This document shows, piece by piece, positions 1 to 12,726 of a stretch of 64,000 nt of DNA. A model generated the notes under the pieces. It ran no database searches. It was not told the DNA's origin and was given only the letters and a program-made list of their open reading frames with translations. This DNA is from Octopus vulgaris (lineage: Eukaryota), in contig OX597820.1 of assembly GCA_951406725.2 (NCBI GenBank), positions 58,280,001 to 58,344,000 on the forward strand. The letters are read 5' to 3'. The position numbers were made by a program, and so were the translations under genes. The first letter of the stretch is position 1; every line of letters begins with the position of its first letter.

Positions 1-172
1 CAGCAGCATTTTGTCCGTCTTTACATTCTGAGTTCAAATTCCGCTAACGTCGACCTTACTTTACATCCTTTCGGGGTTGATAAAATAAGTACCAGTTGAA
101 TACTGGAGTCGATGAAATCGACTTACCCACTTCACGGAAGTTGCTAGCCTTGTGCCAAAATTTGAAACCAAT
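1..172 (+). mobile_element. tRNA-derived SINE family A, 5'-truncated by the window edge
   Basis: B-box gagttcaaattcc, body catcctttcggggttgataaaataagtaccag, tail gccttgtgccaaaatttgaaacc; same motifs as copies at 6129, 15833 and 44048. Confidence 0.8.
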
Positions 173-1621
173 TATATATCATATAATTCTAGGTATGTTT
201 ACAGACACACACAGAGGAATAATGTGTATGTAGGTATATATATATGCATATGTATGTATACTTTTATATATAGTAAGCGAGTGTGTGCGTTGTGTGCTTC
301 AGTATCTTATGCAGTGTAACTGTGTGGGCGCGTGTCTGTGTCTGCGTGTGTCTGTGTGTACCTGCGTGCGTTTGTGTGTTGGGGCGTGTGTTTATGTAAG
401 TCTTCATTTGTTTTTCTCTATATCCTCTATATAGATATGAGATTAAGCAGTCGTAAAATAAATGGCAGAAATTCACAACACAGACAGACGGCTGTTATAA
501 AACACAAGCTTCAGAAATCGGTTTAACTGATATCAAATCGCAACAGATGACCGAACCATTATTCCGCCGCTACCATCGCCACCACAACTGCCACCATCAC
601 CAACATTTATCGTCATATACAATATTTTTTTTTTTTCTATTTCCTTTTCCTTATGTTATTTTTATTTCTACTTCCTGAGAATTTGCTATGGCTTTCATCT
701 TAGATATTATCTCGTTTATTTTTGGATATTCGTGTTCATTATTATTTTTTGTCATTTCATCTATTTTTCTTATTTTTGTTATGGGGTAGGAGTATTTTTT
801 GTTAGTAAGAGGAAAGGATACTCTGAATGATGGGACAATAACGAAATTCAGACTCTTTCCGTCCTCCATTTCCGGTCCCAATTTTTTTAAATAATTTTCG
901 GGAGGTTTTTCTCGGCTTTGTTTATTTATTCGTCAGTAGACGTAAGTTTTTTTTTATGGGTTATGTTGACGTCAGCTCATCAGAAGACAACGGGTGTGGA
1001 GCAGAAGGGAAAAAAATATGAAATGAGAGGACATTTGGATATTTTATATAAGTGTATATATGTACATATGAGTAACTTTCTTTCGTACTGTAAGATGAAT
1101 CGACATAATCGTTAAAGTGCCGAACAATGTGCATTGCAGTATCTGTTCCGGCTTTTTCTTTACATTCTGAGTGCAAATACCACCGAGGTCAATTTTGTAT
1201 TTCATCTTTTCGGGACCGATAAAAGGAGTTCCCAGTGAAGTACTGGGTTGAAGGTATCGAATAATTCCGCCACCAAAACATTTTTAGTTCTTGTGCCTAT
1301 TCTAGAAACAAAGACCTGGATTGACAGCATCGTTAGAGTGTCCATCAAAATATCTTTCAATATTTTCTTCTAACCCTGAATTCAAATCCTCCCGAGACCA
1401 ACTTTGATTTTTCATCCCACCGACGTCGACACGAAAAAAGTGTAAGGATCTGTTTTTAGACAATTTTTTATTCAACTCTTTTATTGTCTATGATCATGCT
1501 CAATAGAACGACGAAATGCAAACTCCACAACAAACATTCAAAGTGAAAATATTTCTACAGATTTTAAACTCCAAAAGAACTGAAGAAAACTAGCAAAATA
1601 CGGGTACTTTTGAAGACAAAA

Positions 1622-2075
1622 GTGTAGTCATGGCTGTATGGTTAAGAAGCTCACTTTGCAACTAAATGGTTTCGGGTTCAATCCCTCTGCAGGACACATT
1701 GGGCAGTGTCTTCTACCTGGCCGACCGATGCTTTGTGAGCGAATTTGGTTGACGGAAACTGTGTAGAAGTCCGTCGTACATATATGTGTGTGTGTGCGTA
1801 TGTGTATGTGTGTGCGTATGTGTGTGTTTGTGTGTGTGTGTGTGAGAGAGAGAGAGAGTGAGAGAGAGAGAATCTTATTTTTGTCCCTACCCTACCGCTT
1901 GACAACTGGCGGTGGTTTGTTTACAGCCACGTAACTTAGTGGTTCGGTAAAAGAGATCCATAGAAAAGCTACCAGACTTAAAACAAGTGCTGGGGTCGAT
2001 TTTTTTCGACTAAACCATTGAAGGCTGTAGCCCAGCATGGCTGCAGTCCAGTAACTGAAACAAGTTAAAACACAA
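1622..2075 (+). mobile_element. tRNA-derived CORE-like SINE family B with internal microsatellite
   Basis: Head tggctgtatggttaagaagc...cgggttcaatccc, CORE-like attgggcagtgtcttc, (TG)n/(GA)n spacer, 3' half ending cagcatggctgcagtccagtaactgaaacaag. Confidence 0.8.
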
Positions 2076-2089
2076 GAAAGACATTTCTG

Positions 2090-2900
2090 TGGAAAATAAT
2101 ACTATTGGGAGTAGTCTTAGTGATATATTTGGCAAAATAACAACATTAACAACACTCAAATATACAAACAAAACTTTGGCATGGAAAAGTTTCAAAGCGT
2201 GGCAGACGACCAATTTGCTTTTATTGTTTTTATATTATCAAATGTTTTGTATGTTATATTGCCATATATTCACTATATTTCTTTGGTTCATAACAAATTT
2301 TTAATATTTCCATTGAATAACGTCCTAACCACATTAGATCAGCATGCTGAAGCTAACGGAACTGCTTATTGGGATCTCCTTGTTTTTCTTCATTATTAAT
2401 GGTTTTGGGGAGTCGCTATACAACATGAATTGGAAAAGAAGGGGTTTAGCAGGATTAGTTTGTAGATGTGTGTACTGAACAAATGCAAAAGATGGTTCGA
2501 ATAACTTACCATTTGATAACTGTTTGATATAAATAATAACTGGTAACTGGCTCCATTAAAATGGTTCCATCGATATTATACCCAAGAGATAATGGGAGTT
2601 ATTTTTAATCGTGCTGGATAAAAATAGGCGCATGTCGTGAGTATCAAAAGTGATTGACCTTTTGAAATCTGTTGTTTATTGAAGTATTGTTGGGAAAATT
2701 TAGAAAATCTATCTGTCACGACATTCGATAGCGACAGTAATAAGAGGCATCATAATTATCGATTTTCTCAACTTTCACTTACCAAACAAACCCCATCCCA
2801 ATTAATAAAATGTTAGTCTCTTTTACTGAGCATGACTTGCTCCTATTTTCGGTTTCCTGATTAAAAGTAACCTCTTAAGACGCTTAAGATAAAAATCAAT
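2090..2900 (-). pseudogene. highly decayed Penelope-like RT fragment
   Basis: Minus-strand peptides AYFYPARLKITPIIS (like 'fY.lPK..RPIIS') and VYLSVVNVVI (like 'y.RyvDDi') in RT order; many stops. Confidence 0.35.
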
Positions 2901-2951
2901 GGAACCACTTACCAATTAGCATTCTCCCTAAAGAATCGAAATATTCAAGAA

Positions 2952-2991
<40 letters not shown>

Positions 2992-3289
2992 CACAGACAC
3001 AACACATACGCTAATACATGTATGTATGTCTTATGTATGTATGTATGTATGTATGTATGTAGGATGTTTACTTTTTATACACGTACGCATATAAGTATAC
3101 ACACACATAAATATAAATGTGTATGTCCATTTCTTGTTGCGGTGTGGCGGTTTATTGCCACGATAACCCTGAGGTTTATACCAGCAAACCGCAAGTTCCT
3201 GGTAACGCCTCCCATGCTGGCCAGTTCAAACAATAGACGACAGGCTAATGTAGAACACTTCTTCTTAAGGGTAAAAGTAAGTTTACATA

Positions 3290-3460
3290 AGGTCAACGCC
3301 CTTACCGAAAAAAAAAAGCCAAATTACAGAAGCATCGATGGCAATCTGAAACGAACATGACCTGGGAGAAGAAACAGAGAGACAAAACAGCCCAGAGCCG
3401 TGAACGATGGAGAAAAGTTGTCGATGGCCTATACTTCTTACAGAATGAAGAACTTAAGTA
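3290..3460 (+). mobile_element. RTE-clade LINE 3' end fragment
   Basis: cgatggagaaaagttgtcgatggccta (RWRKVVDGL) followed by a gaagaacttaagta tail and a TA repeat. Confidence 0.5.
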
Positions 3461-4199
3461 TATGTATATAGATACATATATATATACACAAACAACAGAT
3501 GCATAAATTTCACCACGCCTTCAATCTGATAGCCCTTGATTTTCCACCATCAGCAAGAAAATTATCTCACTATGGAGTTCTCCCTTCACAAACCCATATC
3601 ACAGGATAACCCAAGCAATATATTATACCAATCGTTCGATGCTCTTTGTGTGATCGATGACCTCAAGTTTCCCATACGTTTATGAGTTTTGTATGTTTAT
3701 CTGTGAATCCTGTATTTTCTCGCTAATTGACTTTAAATGGGAACTGAACGAGTTTAGCTAGTATATATAAACAGATACAACAATCTTTATAACTTATCAT
3801 TTGAGGATCCGAAGTGTGACCTCCAGCAGCTCTCAAAATATTCAGTCTGGGATAAAATCCTTTTTGCTCTACCGAAAAGTATTGAGTGCTTGTTCATATA
3901 ATTGTATAGACAAATGTCTCGATTTAAGTATGGCGTATTCATGTGCATGTATGTATATACGTATATATGTAAGTATGTATGTATATACATATATATGTAA
4001 GTATGTATGTATATATAACTAATATAAACAGCTAAGCGAAATCCGATCCCGTAAAGGAAAAATTCAATTGTCACTAAATGTGACTAAGGGTGCCAAGACA
4101 CCGACAATGCTAGAAATAAGAGTTGAACTACTCTTAATTCTGTAGCAAGAGCGTAAATGTATACATACATGCTGACAGGGGGTTCTAACCGCCCCATCA

Positions 4200-4278
4200 C
4201 CCGACTCGAGAATCACTCAGACTAAACGTTTAGTTTCGCCTATTTCCGTAGGCTTCATCAGTGAGGATAGATGTCGGG
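4200..4278 (-). ncRNA. type I hammerhead ribozyme, canonical core
   Basis: Minus strand: cuca CUGAUGA A GCCUA-cggaaa-UAGGC GAAA CUAAACGUUUAG UC|ugag. Helix I cuca/ugag plus distal atc/gat and cccgac/gtcggg; 14-nt palindromic helix III; GUC site with cleavage predicted between 4220 and 4219. Confidence 0.9.
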
Positions 4279-5067
4279 CAGTTCCGTCTGTCGGTATATA
4301 AGTATTCATCATAGAAATCTATGTGTCATTTAGCGGAATGCTAATGTGTATACAAAAGATTATATATACACCATACATACATTAATTCAAGTAAATGAAT
4401 TAGATAACAGCAATTAATAATTACATAATTATTACATGGCTAACAACGTTTTCGTATCAGTCATGGAAACAGTTGTAGAAAAGATGGTATTTTTGAAATA
4501 TCAATGACGTTGCTTGTTTTCTATGCTTCCTCATATTCCGCTCTGTCCGCTCGTTTTAACCTACTTTAAGAATTTTGCAATGTCGTACCCACTTTACTGC
4601 CACATTGAAGTAATAGTATATTGGAATTGATATATTGGAAAGGATATATTAACGAATTAAGGTCTAGAATCCTGTGTACGTATGTAGGTGTTAGTGTGCA
4701 CATGTAAACGGTGAGACACAGAGAGGGAGGTGCATTTGTGTGTGTGTGTGTGTGTGTTGCTTTTCGCAATTTGAATGCATTATGGACAAATGGTAAAGAA
4801 GTTCGCTTTGCAATCTTGAAGTCTTGGGTTCGATTTCAGTGCGTGGCATCCTGGGTGAATGTCATTTGACTTGAGTCATCCCCAGCTTTGAGAATGACTG
4901 TGGGTTAACAAAAACCGTGTTGGGAGCCAGTGATCATGCTGGTACAGGCTAAGAATTACGCTAAGGGTACTATGTCTGCTAGTTCGATAAGTAGGTACGT
5001 TCATTTATTCGAACAGTGTACTTATTGTCGAAACTGGCTGAGACCGTTTTTTTTTACTTAGCCAATA

Positions 5068-5400
5068 TGGAGTAGGCATGGCTGTGCAGTTAAAAAGCTC
5101 GTTTGCTAGCACATAGCTTTAGATTCAGTCCTACTGCACAGCACATTGGGCAAGTGTTTTCTACTGTAGTCCTGAGGCAACCAATGTCTTGTAAGCGAAT
5201 TTGCCAGACGAAAACTATGAGAAAATTTGCCATATATATATATGTGTGTGTCTGGTGTTGTCCCCCACTCACCTCACAACAGGTTTTCGCTTAAGTCTTC
5301 GTAACATAGCAGTTCATCAAAATATATTGATGGAATAAGTAACAGACTTTAGGGAATGAGAATTGGGATCGATTTTGCTTGACTAAATCCTTCAAGGTGT
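5068..5400 (+). mobile_element. SINE family B copy (diverged)
   Basis: ggagtaggcatggctgtgcagttaaaaagc head, cattgggcaagtgttttctac, internal (TA)n. Confidence 0.7.
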
Positions 5401-5904
5401 GGCTTTGTCTTTCATCTTTTATGGATCAATAAGCACCAGTCAAATATTGAGGTTGATGTAACGAGTAAGAGAGGGAGGGTTCTAAGTGTTCATTCGACTC
5501 GCTAGAAATAGCAACTAAGTCTCTCTCAGATCACACAGTTAATCAAGACAGAACACGTTGGATAATGTAGTCCTAGATATACTATAAGACCCTCTCTTCA
5601 AAATTACATGCCTTATGCCAATATCTGAAAGAATTATTTATAAGGCGGTGAAATTATAACGCGTCAGACAAATTCGTACAGCATCTCTTTTGAATCTTTA
5701 CGTTCTGCGTTCAAATTCTACTGAAATCAACGTTGTCTTTCACCTTTTCGGGGATTACATCGACACTAGTCAAATACCGAAGCCAATGTAATCGAATTGT
5801 CCCCCTCCAACATCAAAATTGTTGGTCCTGTGCCAAAATTAATTTTTTTACTATTATAACAATTCGTGTAATATTATTTATTATTATTACTATTATTATT
5901 ATTA

Positions 5905-6545
5905 AGCTGACAGAATCGTTACCACGCTGGACGAAATACCTAGCGGTATTTCGCCCGTCGCTAAGTTCTAAGTTCAAATACCACCGAGGTCAACTTTGCC
6001 TTTCATCCTTCTGTGGTCGATAAATTAAGTACCAGTAAAACACTGGGTCGATGTAACAGACTAGTCCCCTCCCCACAAATTTCAAACCTTGTGCCTATAG
6101 TAGAAAGGTTTATTACTATTTGTATTAAGGCGGCGAGCTGGCAGAAACGTTAGCACGCCGGGCGAAATGCGTAGCCGTATTTCGTCTGTCGCTACGTTCT
6201 GAGTTCAAATTCCGCCGAGGTCGACTTTGCCTTTCATCCTTTCGGGGTCGCTTAAATAAGTACCAGTTACGCACTGGGGTCGATATAATCGACTTAATTC
6301 GTTTGTCTGTCCTTGTTTATCTCCTTTGTGTTTAGCCCCTTGTGGGTAGTAAAGAAATAGGTATTTCGCCCGTCTCTACGTTCTGAGTTCAAATTCTGCC
6401 GAGGTCAACATTGCTTTTCGTCCTTTCAGGGTCGATAAATTAAGTACCAGTTGAACACTGGAGTCGTCGTAATCGATACATTACCACCTCCCACCCCCAC
6501 CACCAAAAAATAGCTGCCCTTGTGGCTAAGTTTGAAACCATTATT
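5905..6545 (+). mobile_element. cluster of SINE family A copies (monomer about 5905-6110, dimeric copy 6129-6540)
   Basis: ggcggcgagctggcagaaacgttagcacgccgggcgaaatgc head; body repeated twice, joined by the tgtctgtccttgtt...cccttgtgggtagtaaagaaatag linker. Confidence 0.85.
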
Positions 6546-7049
6546 ACTATTCGTATAATATTATTATTACTATTACTAATTATTACTATTATTTATTATT
6601 ATTACTATTCGCGTATGATTTAGGGGAGTCGTAGAGTAATAAATGGTAATGTGAATCCGATTTCAGGTTCATTTTATTTTTTGTGTATGTGATTTCTGAC
6701 AATAGTCAGAAGCCACCAGAAATCTTCGAAACCACCAAGTTGGCTTGCCTACAATACAATACATAAATGAAGTAAGCGACTTTGCAGAAATGCAGAAATT
6801 TATTGTTTTAGCACAGATTCCGGTGGATTTTATTGCGCATTTTGCAACCTTGCTCGGTTTCCGATTCTCTGACTCTATACCACATCCATCATTTTCTTCC
6901 CCCCATACAGTTAAAAACAAATTAAGAACTCTCTGACATTTTCATTGTTTTGAGTGTTTTAACTACAACTGGGGGAATGGGGAAAGGAGGGATAAACCAT
7001 TAATTTCAAAGAAATAAGGAAAACAGGATTATGCTTGAGGTTGTTGCTT

Positions 7050-7562
7050 CTTCTGCTTCTTCTTCTTCTTCTTCTTCTTCTTCCAATCAGGACTCACGCC
7101 ATTAACCACAAAGTATAATCTCTAATTCGAGCCTACTCTAAGCTACTAAGAATGCGTGTGGCAATTTGAAGATCCACCTACCACACGCGATAGACTGGCG
7201 GTTGCACGGGCGCGAAAGCTACGTTGTTATCCTGATTCCGTAAACGGTGGCTTTTAACAGGTGGAGAGCTGAAACATCCTGGGGTACAGAGGATTCGCAA
7301 TCTAGAATAGGGTATGAAAGTTTACCACACCAGAGTGGGTTACTCCATGGTTCCTCTGCTTTGTGACAGAAGTAGGAAGAAAGAGTGAGAGAAAATTGTG
7401 GTGAAAGAGTACAGCGGGGTTCACCACCCCCACCCGCCGGAACCTCGTGGAGCTTAGGTGTTTTGTTCAATAAATACTCACAATGCCCGGTCTGGGAATC
7501 GAAACCGCGTTCTTACGACCGCGAGTCCACTGCCCTAACCATTGGGCCATTGCGCCTCCACT
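7050..7562 (-). mobile_element. tRNA-derived SINE family C with an alternative 3' tail ending in (GAA)n
   Basis: Reverse complement of gtggaggcgcaatggccc...ggtttcgattcccagaccggg head at 7370-7562; tail unlike the other C copies; (CTT)n at 7050-7083. Confidence 0.7.
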
Positions 7563-8399
7563 GAGGTTGTTGCTGTACTCGTCGTCGTCGTTAAGTCCCG
7601 TGGAATTCTTAATCAAGTAGATTTATGATCAAAGGAATTCCTGGTGTGACCATCTTGTCTTACTTTCATTGATGATATACCTAGAACAACATTATCCAAG
7701 TTGTTCTTAGCGTGGCCATCCCCTCTTATTTTCATAGTTTATCTAGGATTATACTATCCAAGATGTTCTACCTTGATTAACTGTATTGTTTGAGAAAGAT
7801 TTGGTTGATACTTCTAACGAATCGAGCGATCATTTATAAACCTCCCTCTCTGACTCATTTTGGTTAATTTTATCTGTTGTGCCACACTGCTCAATCATAA
7901 ATAACAGTTTTTTCAAATTAAATTTTGTGACGTAAAACGTACAGTTCGCTTGTTCCTATTACTAAACAATGTTAAGTTCAAATCTTGATTTTCTGATTTT
8001 CCAGCTGGTTAGTTTTTATTATGGAACAATTATTAATTTTGGGGGAATCGGCTACAACCTCAAATCATATTTATTCCACGAATCTTTCCGTTTCCTTCAT
8101 CATGTCACGTAGCATTTTTATGCAAGTGTTCCTAAACAAAAACGTTTTCAACTCCGTACTTGCATTACTTGGAGGAAAGATTAATGACATACTTTTAACC
8201 CAGATTCTGTTGGCTTTACTTCGTCATAGTAGCATTTGAAAGCTTGCTGGGTTACCTGACTGAATCTGTCACATGCTAACCCGATGCTACAAACTAGACA
8301 AACTAAGTTATGTCCTGGTGCTCTAAAACCTTGGGGAGCCACACACATTCTGAATAACTTAAAGACACTTTTCTTAATCCATCTAAAAACGCGCTATGG

Positions 8400-8706
8400 T
8401 GGCACTCCGTCGGTTACTTCGATGAGTGTTCCAGTTGATCAAATCAACGGAACAGCCCGCCAGTGAAAATAACGTACAAGTGGCTGAGCACTTCACAGAC
8501 ACGCGTACCCTTAACGTAGTTCTCAAAGAGATTCAGTGTGACGTAGAATGTGATAAGGCTGGTCTTTTGAAATACAGGTACTATTCAGTTTTGCCAGCTA
8601 AGTGGACTGGAGCAACGTGAAATAAAATGTCTTGCTCAAGGACAGAACGCGTCGCCGAGAATCGAACTCATGACCTTACGATCGTAAGCTGGATGCCCTA
8701 ACCACT
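8400..8706 (-). mobile_element. tRNA-derived SINE family D
   Basis: Minus head gtggttagggcatccagcttacgatcgtaaggtcatgagttcgattctcgg; tail ...gtaaccgacggagtgcc shared with 24366-24745. Confidence 0.75.
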
Positions 8707-9027
8707 GCGGAAGATCACTCCCGCAACAGAGGCTGACAGAGGACAGGGCTGGAGCGGTTTTATGGCGGTCAAATGATTTGTTGTGAAACTTGAAATTTTG
8801 CCAGATTACAAATTTACATGGTGATGTGTATGTCCTGGGTATGACACTAAACTACATCCAGTAGCAAGAATCCAGTTCGAGAGTTCAGAAATTGTGGGGA
8901 ATGTGGAGTTACCTCTTAGTTGTCACCAATCCCAGGTCTGCTTTGGCCCGGAGTAGTAGTACCTGTTAGGGCCCCATTTATGGGGTTAAATAATTACCTT
9001 ACTAGGGTGGCGCCGGTAAAGTATTGT

Positions 9028-9252
9028 CAGCTGGCAGAAACGTTAGCACGCCGGGCGAAATGCTTAGCGGTATTTCGTCTGCCGTTACGTTCTGAGTTCA
9101 AATTCCGCCGAGGTCGTCTTTGCCTTTCATCCTTTCGGGGTCGATAAATTAAGTACCAGTTACGCACTGGGGTCGATGTAATCGACTTAATACCTATGTC
9201 TGTCCTTGTTTGTCCCCTCGGTGTTTAGCCCCTTGTGGGTAATAAAGAAATA
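9028..9252 (+). mobile_element. SINE family A copy ending in the linker
   Basis: gctggcagaaacgttagcacgccgggcg...cccttgtgggtaataaagaaatag. Confidence 0.85.
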
Positions 9253-10044
9253 GATATTGTCAGCCATTGAAAACAACCATGGTGAGTATACTGAACAGCA
9301 CTAGGGTTAGAGCCCCTAACTATACTGTCAAGGAACAGCTTTGTCGTTATGACTCTGCTGGTTTTGAGCCACAGAGAGGACCAGTGGATGATTCACCAGC
9401 TGTCTCTGAGACAAATATAATGACAGTGATGATGAGGCACAATGACCGCTGGAGAGAACTCGTCTATGAAGAACCCCTAAAAAAGGAAATGTATGATAAT
9501 ACAATTAATGGCTGGAGAAATATGTGGAAAAATTATTAAAGGGGGAGTACAATATAGGACTTGGAGCAGACGGACGCATATTGTAGGATTTGGAGAAAGA
9601 AGCAAACATTGTAGGGCTACCCAAAAACCGTAAGCATCCTGATATCGGCCCTGAACACATGCATCGTTTTCGCCTCCACAGAGTTAAAATGCCTTAAAGA
9701 CTTTCGGGTGGTAGTTGAACGTTTCTCCAACTTGTGTGTGTGTGTTTTTTTAATGAGTTGAACAACCAACCAAGTTCTCAGTTTCCTGCTTTTTTGTCTC
9801 CTTTGCAAAACTATAAGTTCTATAGCTTAATCGGTTTTATGTTTCTCAACTGTCTATAATACTATAATTTTTATGAATTTCTCTCTGTCTAAACTTTCTT
9901 TTTATTAACTTATTCTCAAGGTTGTTCATATAGAAATTTTGCCAACTGATACTTCAGACATGAGTAACAACTCGAGTTCGCTTTTTTGTCATTTCTTATT
10001 CATTCCCTTAAAATACCAATCTTTATCAAACTTTTTCTTTTTGC

Positions 10045-10830
10045 CATATAAAGACGTATCATACTGGGCAGCTGAAATGTTTCTCCAAATTCCCTTCACT
10101 TCTATATCGATAATGCTGTAAAGTATACAATTTTGAGTTCTACACTTATTATGGCCTTCTAACTTTCATGCTATCTCCTTCCGTTACTCGTTCTAGGTTT
10201 AGGATCTTAACAAATATAACTGCACTCCGTCGGTTACGACGACTGGGGTTCTAGTTGAGCTGATCAATAGCTCGTCCACATAGTTATTGGCTACCTATCA
10301 TCATATAATGGAAATCCTTCGACTATTGGATATACATAAGAAATTCAATAGTATCTGTTGAGTTTATATAAATAGATAAGTGATAAAAAATTGAATTAAC
10401 GACATTATTTAAAAATCACTACCATTGTTTTGACACATTCTAAAACCTTTAGTACGTAAGTAAGACGTTGTACAATCATTATCTTACGTCCAAAGTATAA
10501 AATGCGCCTCTTCAGGTGACTGTTTAAATAAGCTCTTCGTTAGGTTCTCTCGCCATTTCATTCGGTATGATGAGGCGTACCTAAAGTGAAGCGACACATC
10601 ACTGTGCCCTGTGATTCTTTCTTGCTGCATTCTAACCACATGTTCTCAATTCCCTGGGCTCGATTTGTAGAAATTCCTTGTCTCCAACCTACGTACCCTA
10701 TCAAGTAACGTTCAAGTATCTTTCGGAGGAACCACGTTTCGTTTGCTTCTATTTGATAATCGAAAATGTGTAACCGACACAGCACAGTTCACAAAAAAAT
10801 CTATGATAAATTAATGTTTTCTCGCGGTTC
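10045..10830 (-). mobile_element. internally deleted DNA transposon, probably Merlin (IS1595-like); second copy at about 12730-13275
   Basis: Two dispersed homologous copies; minus peptides QIEANETWFLRK (like 'vEiDEs.f..rK') and GISTNRAQGIENMW (like 'GvhTn.IE..W'), then aaatggcga (KWR). Confidence 0.5.
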
Positions 10831-11070
10831 CGACGATTAGGGTTCTAGTTTAGCCGACCAACAGAACAGCCTGCTCGTGAAATTAATGAGTAAGTGACTG
10901 AGCACTCCACAGACACCCTTAACATAATTCTCAGGGAGATTCAGCGAGACATGGTTGTCCCCTTTGGATTACAGGTACAACTCATTTTTACCAGCTAATG
11001 AGACTGGATATCGTGAAAATAAAGTGCCTTGCTCAAGGACACAAAACGCTGCTAGAAATCGAATTCGAAA
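10830..11070 (-). mobile_element. SINE family D copy
   Basis: cgtgaaaataaagtgccttgctcaaggacacaa and gtgactgagcactccacagaca motifs as at 8400-8706. Confidence 0.7.
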
Positions 11071-11299
11071 ATCCCCGAAGTAGAAACAGTACTGTTTTGT
11101 ATATCATTTTTACAATTTGTATATATTTATTTTATTATAAATGCAAAACAATACTACAGAGGAATCGACGTAAGCTTAGATAACCGCGATATGGCGAGGG
11201 ATTACTGTATATAGTTTTCTTAGCCACCTCATGACTTTTATCAAATCCGGGAATATTTTTATTCCATGGCTATTCAAAAGTTTCCTTACTCCTTTTAAT

Positions 11300-11517
11300 T
11301 ATTGGTTTTAAATTTTGGCACAAAGCCAGCAATTCCGAGGAAGCGGGTAAGTCGATTACATCAACCCCCCCGTGCTCAACTGATACTTAATTTGTCGACT
11401 TTGAAAGGATGAAAGGCGAAGTCGACCTTGGTGGCATTTGAACTCAGAACGTAAAGACGAACGAAATGCCACTAAGCATTTTGCCCGGCGTGCTAACGAT
11501 TCTGCCAGCTCACCGGC
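11300..11517 (-). mobile_element. SINE family A monomer
   Basis: gaaaggatgaaaggcgaagtcgacc...tttgaactcagaacg...gcccggcgtgctaacgattctgccagctc. Confidence 0.85.
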
Positions 11518-11706
11518 TTACTCTTTTTCATTATTAACACATTTTCTACTGATAAATTTCATTCATCTGTTTTTGAGGTAGAGTTAGTTAGAACGAGAAG
11601 GTTAAATTGTTATGATTTTTCATTAGTAAAAATCTTTAAAACAAAAAGTTAAGCACAATAGGTTTACCAAATGTATATCCAATTAGAAGTTTATTCTACA
11701 ACCTTC

Positions 11707-11784
<78 letters not shown>

Positions 11785-12302
11785 ACACACACACACACAC
11801 ACACATACAAAGCAGTGAACTGTTGATGTAACCATGATATTCTGCTGATCTGATAAACTGGCTTTCTTTATCTGCATTAATGTGTGAATACACAATTGTT
11901 TACTGCTGAGCATACATAATGCAAACATATACGTATAATTCCTTCCATACTAAAATTAACATCACATGAAGAAGGTTGCGAAACAGCCGCAGTCATATGG
12001 AAGACTCGTGGTTAAATAAATCTATCTTCTACTCTCAAACCTCCTGATTTTATACTTCATACATATACATCTTTCTATGTATATAAATGCATTTACATGC
12101 ATAAATGCGTGCGTGTGTGTATGTATTCTGTTATTCATTTACTCTTTTCTTTGTTCCAGCCATTAAACTGCGGTCATGCTAGGGTTCCGCCTTAAAGGAT
12201 TTTAGTTGAACGAATCGACACGATACTTATTATTTTTTTTAAAGCCTGGTATTTATTCTATCGGTCTCGTTTGCCGACCGATTACTAAAGGTTACGGTGA
12301 AA

Positions 12303-12338
<36 letters not shown>

Positions 12339-12387
12339 GCACGCACACGCATGCATACATACATACATACATACATACATACATACA

Positions 12388-12419
<32 letters not shown>

Positions 12420-12420
12420 A

Positions 12421-12726
12421 GTGGAGGCGCAATGGCCCAGTGGTTAGGGCAGCGAACTCGCAGTCGTAGGATCGCGGTTTCGATTCCCAGATCGGGCGCT
12501 GTGAGTATTTATTGAGCGAAAACAGCTAAAAGCTCTACGAGGTTCCGGTAGGGGGTGGTGGCAACCCCTGCTGTATTCTCTTGCCACACCTTTCTCTCAC
12601 TCTTTCTTCTGTTGGCCTGCTCGCGTAGCCAGCGGGGTGACGTCATTTGAAGTCTAAAACAATACGAAACGCATTGTGACCAGCGATGTGTAACAACATC
12701 TGATAGCCTGGTCGGTCACGGTGATA
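12421..12726 (+). mobile_element. SINE family C with RTE-derived tail
   Basis: tRNA head gtggaggcgcaatggcccagtggttagggc...gtttcgattccc; ends gtgaccagcgatgtg...ctggtcggtcacggtgat(TA)n. Confidence 0.85.

Noticed and set aside
651-990. 76-aa ORF with a PLE-like EMEDGKSLNF motif and nearby ctgatga
   Set aside because: Similarity too weak to call, and no GAAA or helix III follows the ctgatga
12421-12500. tRNA gene candidates in SINE heads (also 6129, 28031, 36881)
   Set aside because: A/B boxes are present but they run into SINE bodies, are multi-copy, and I could not fit a complete cloverleaf
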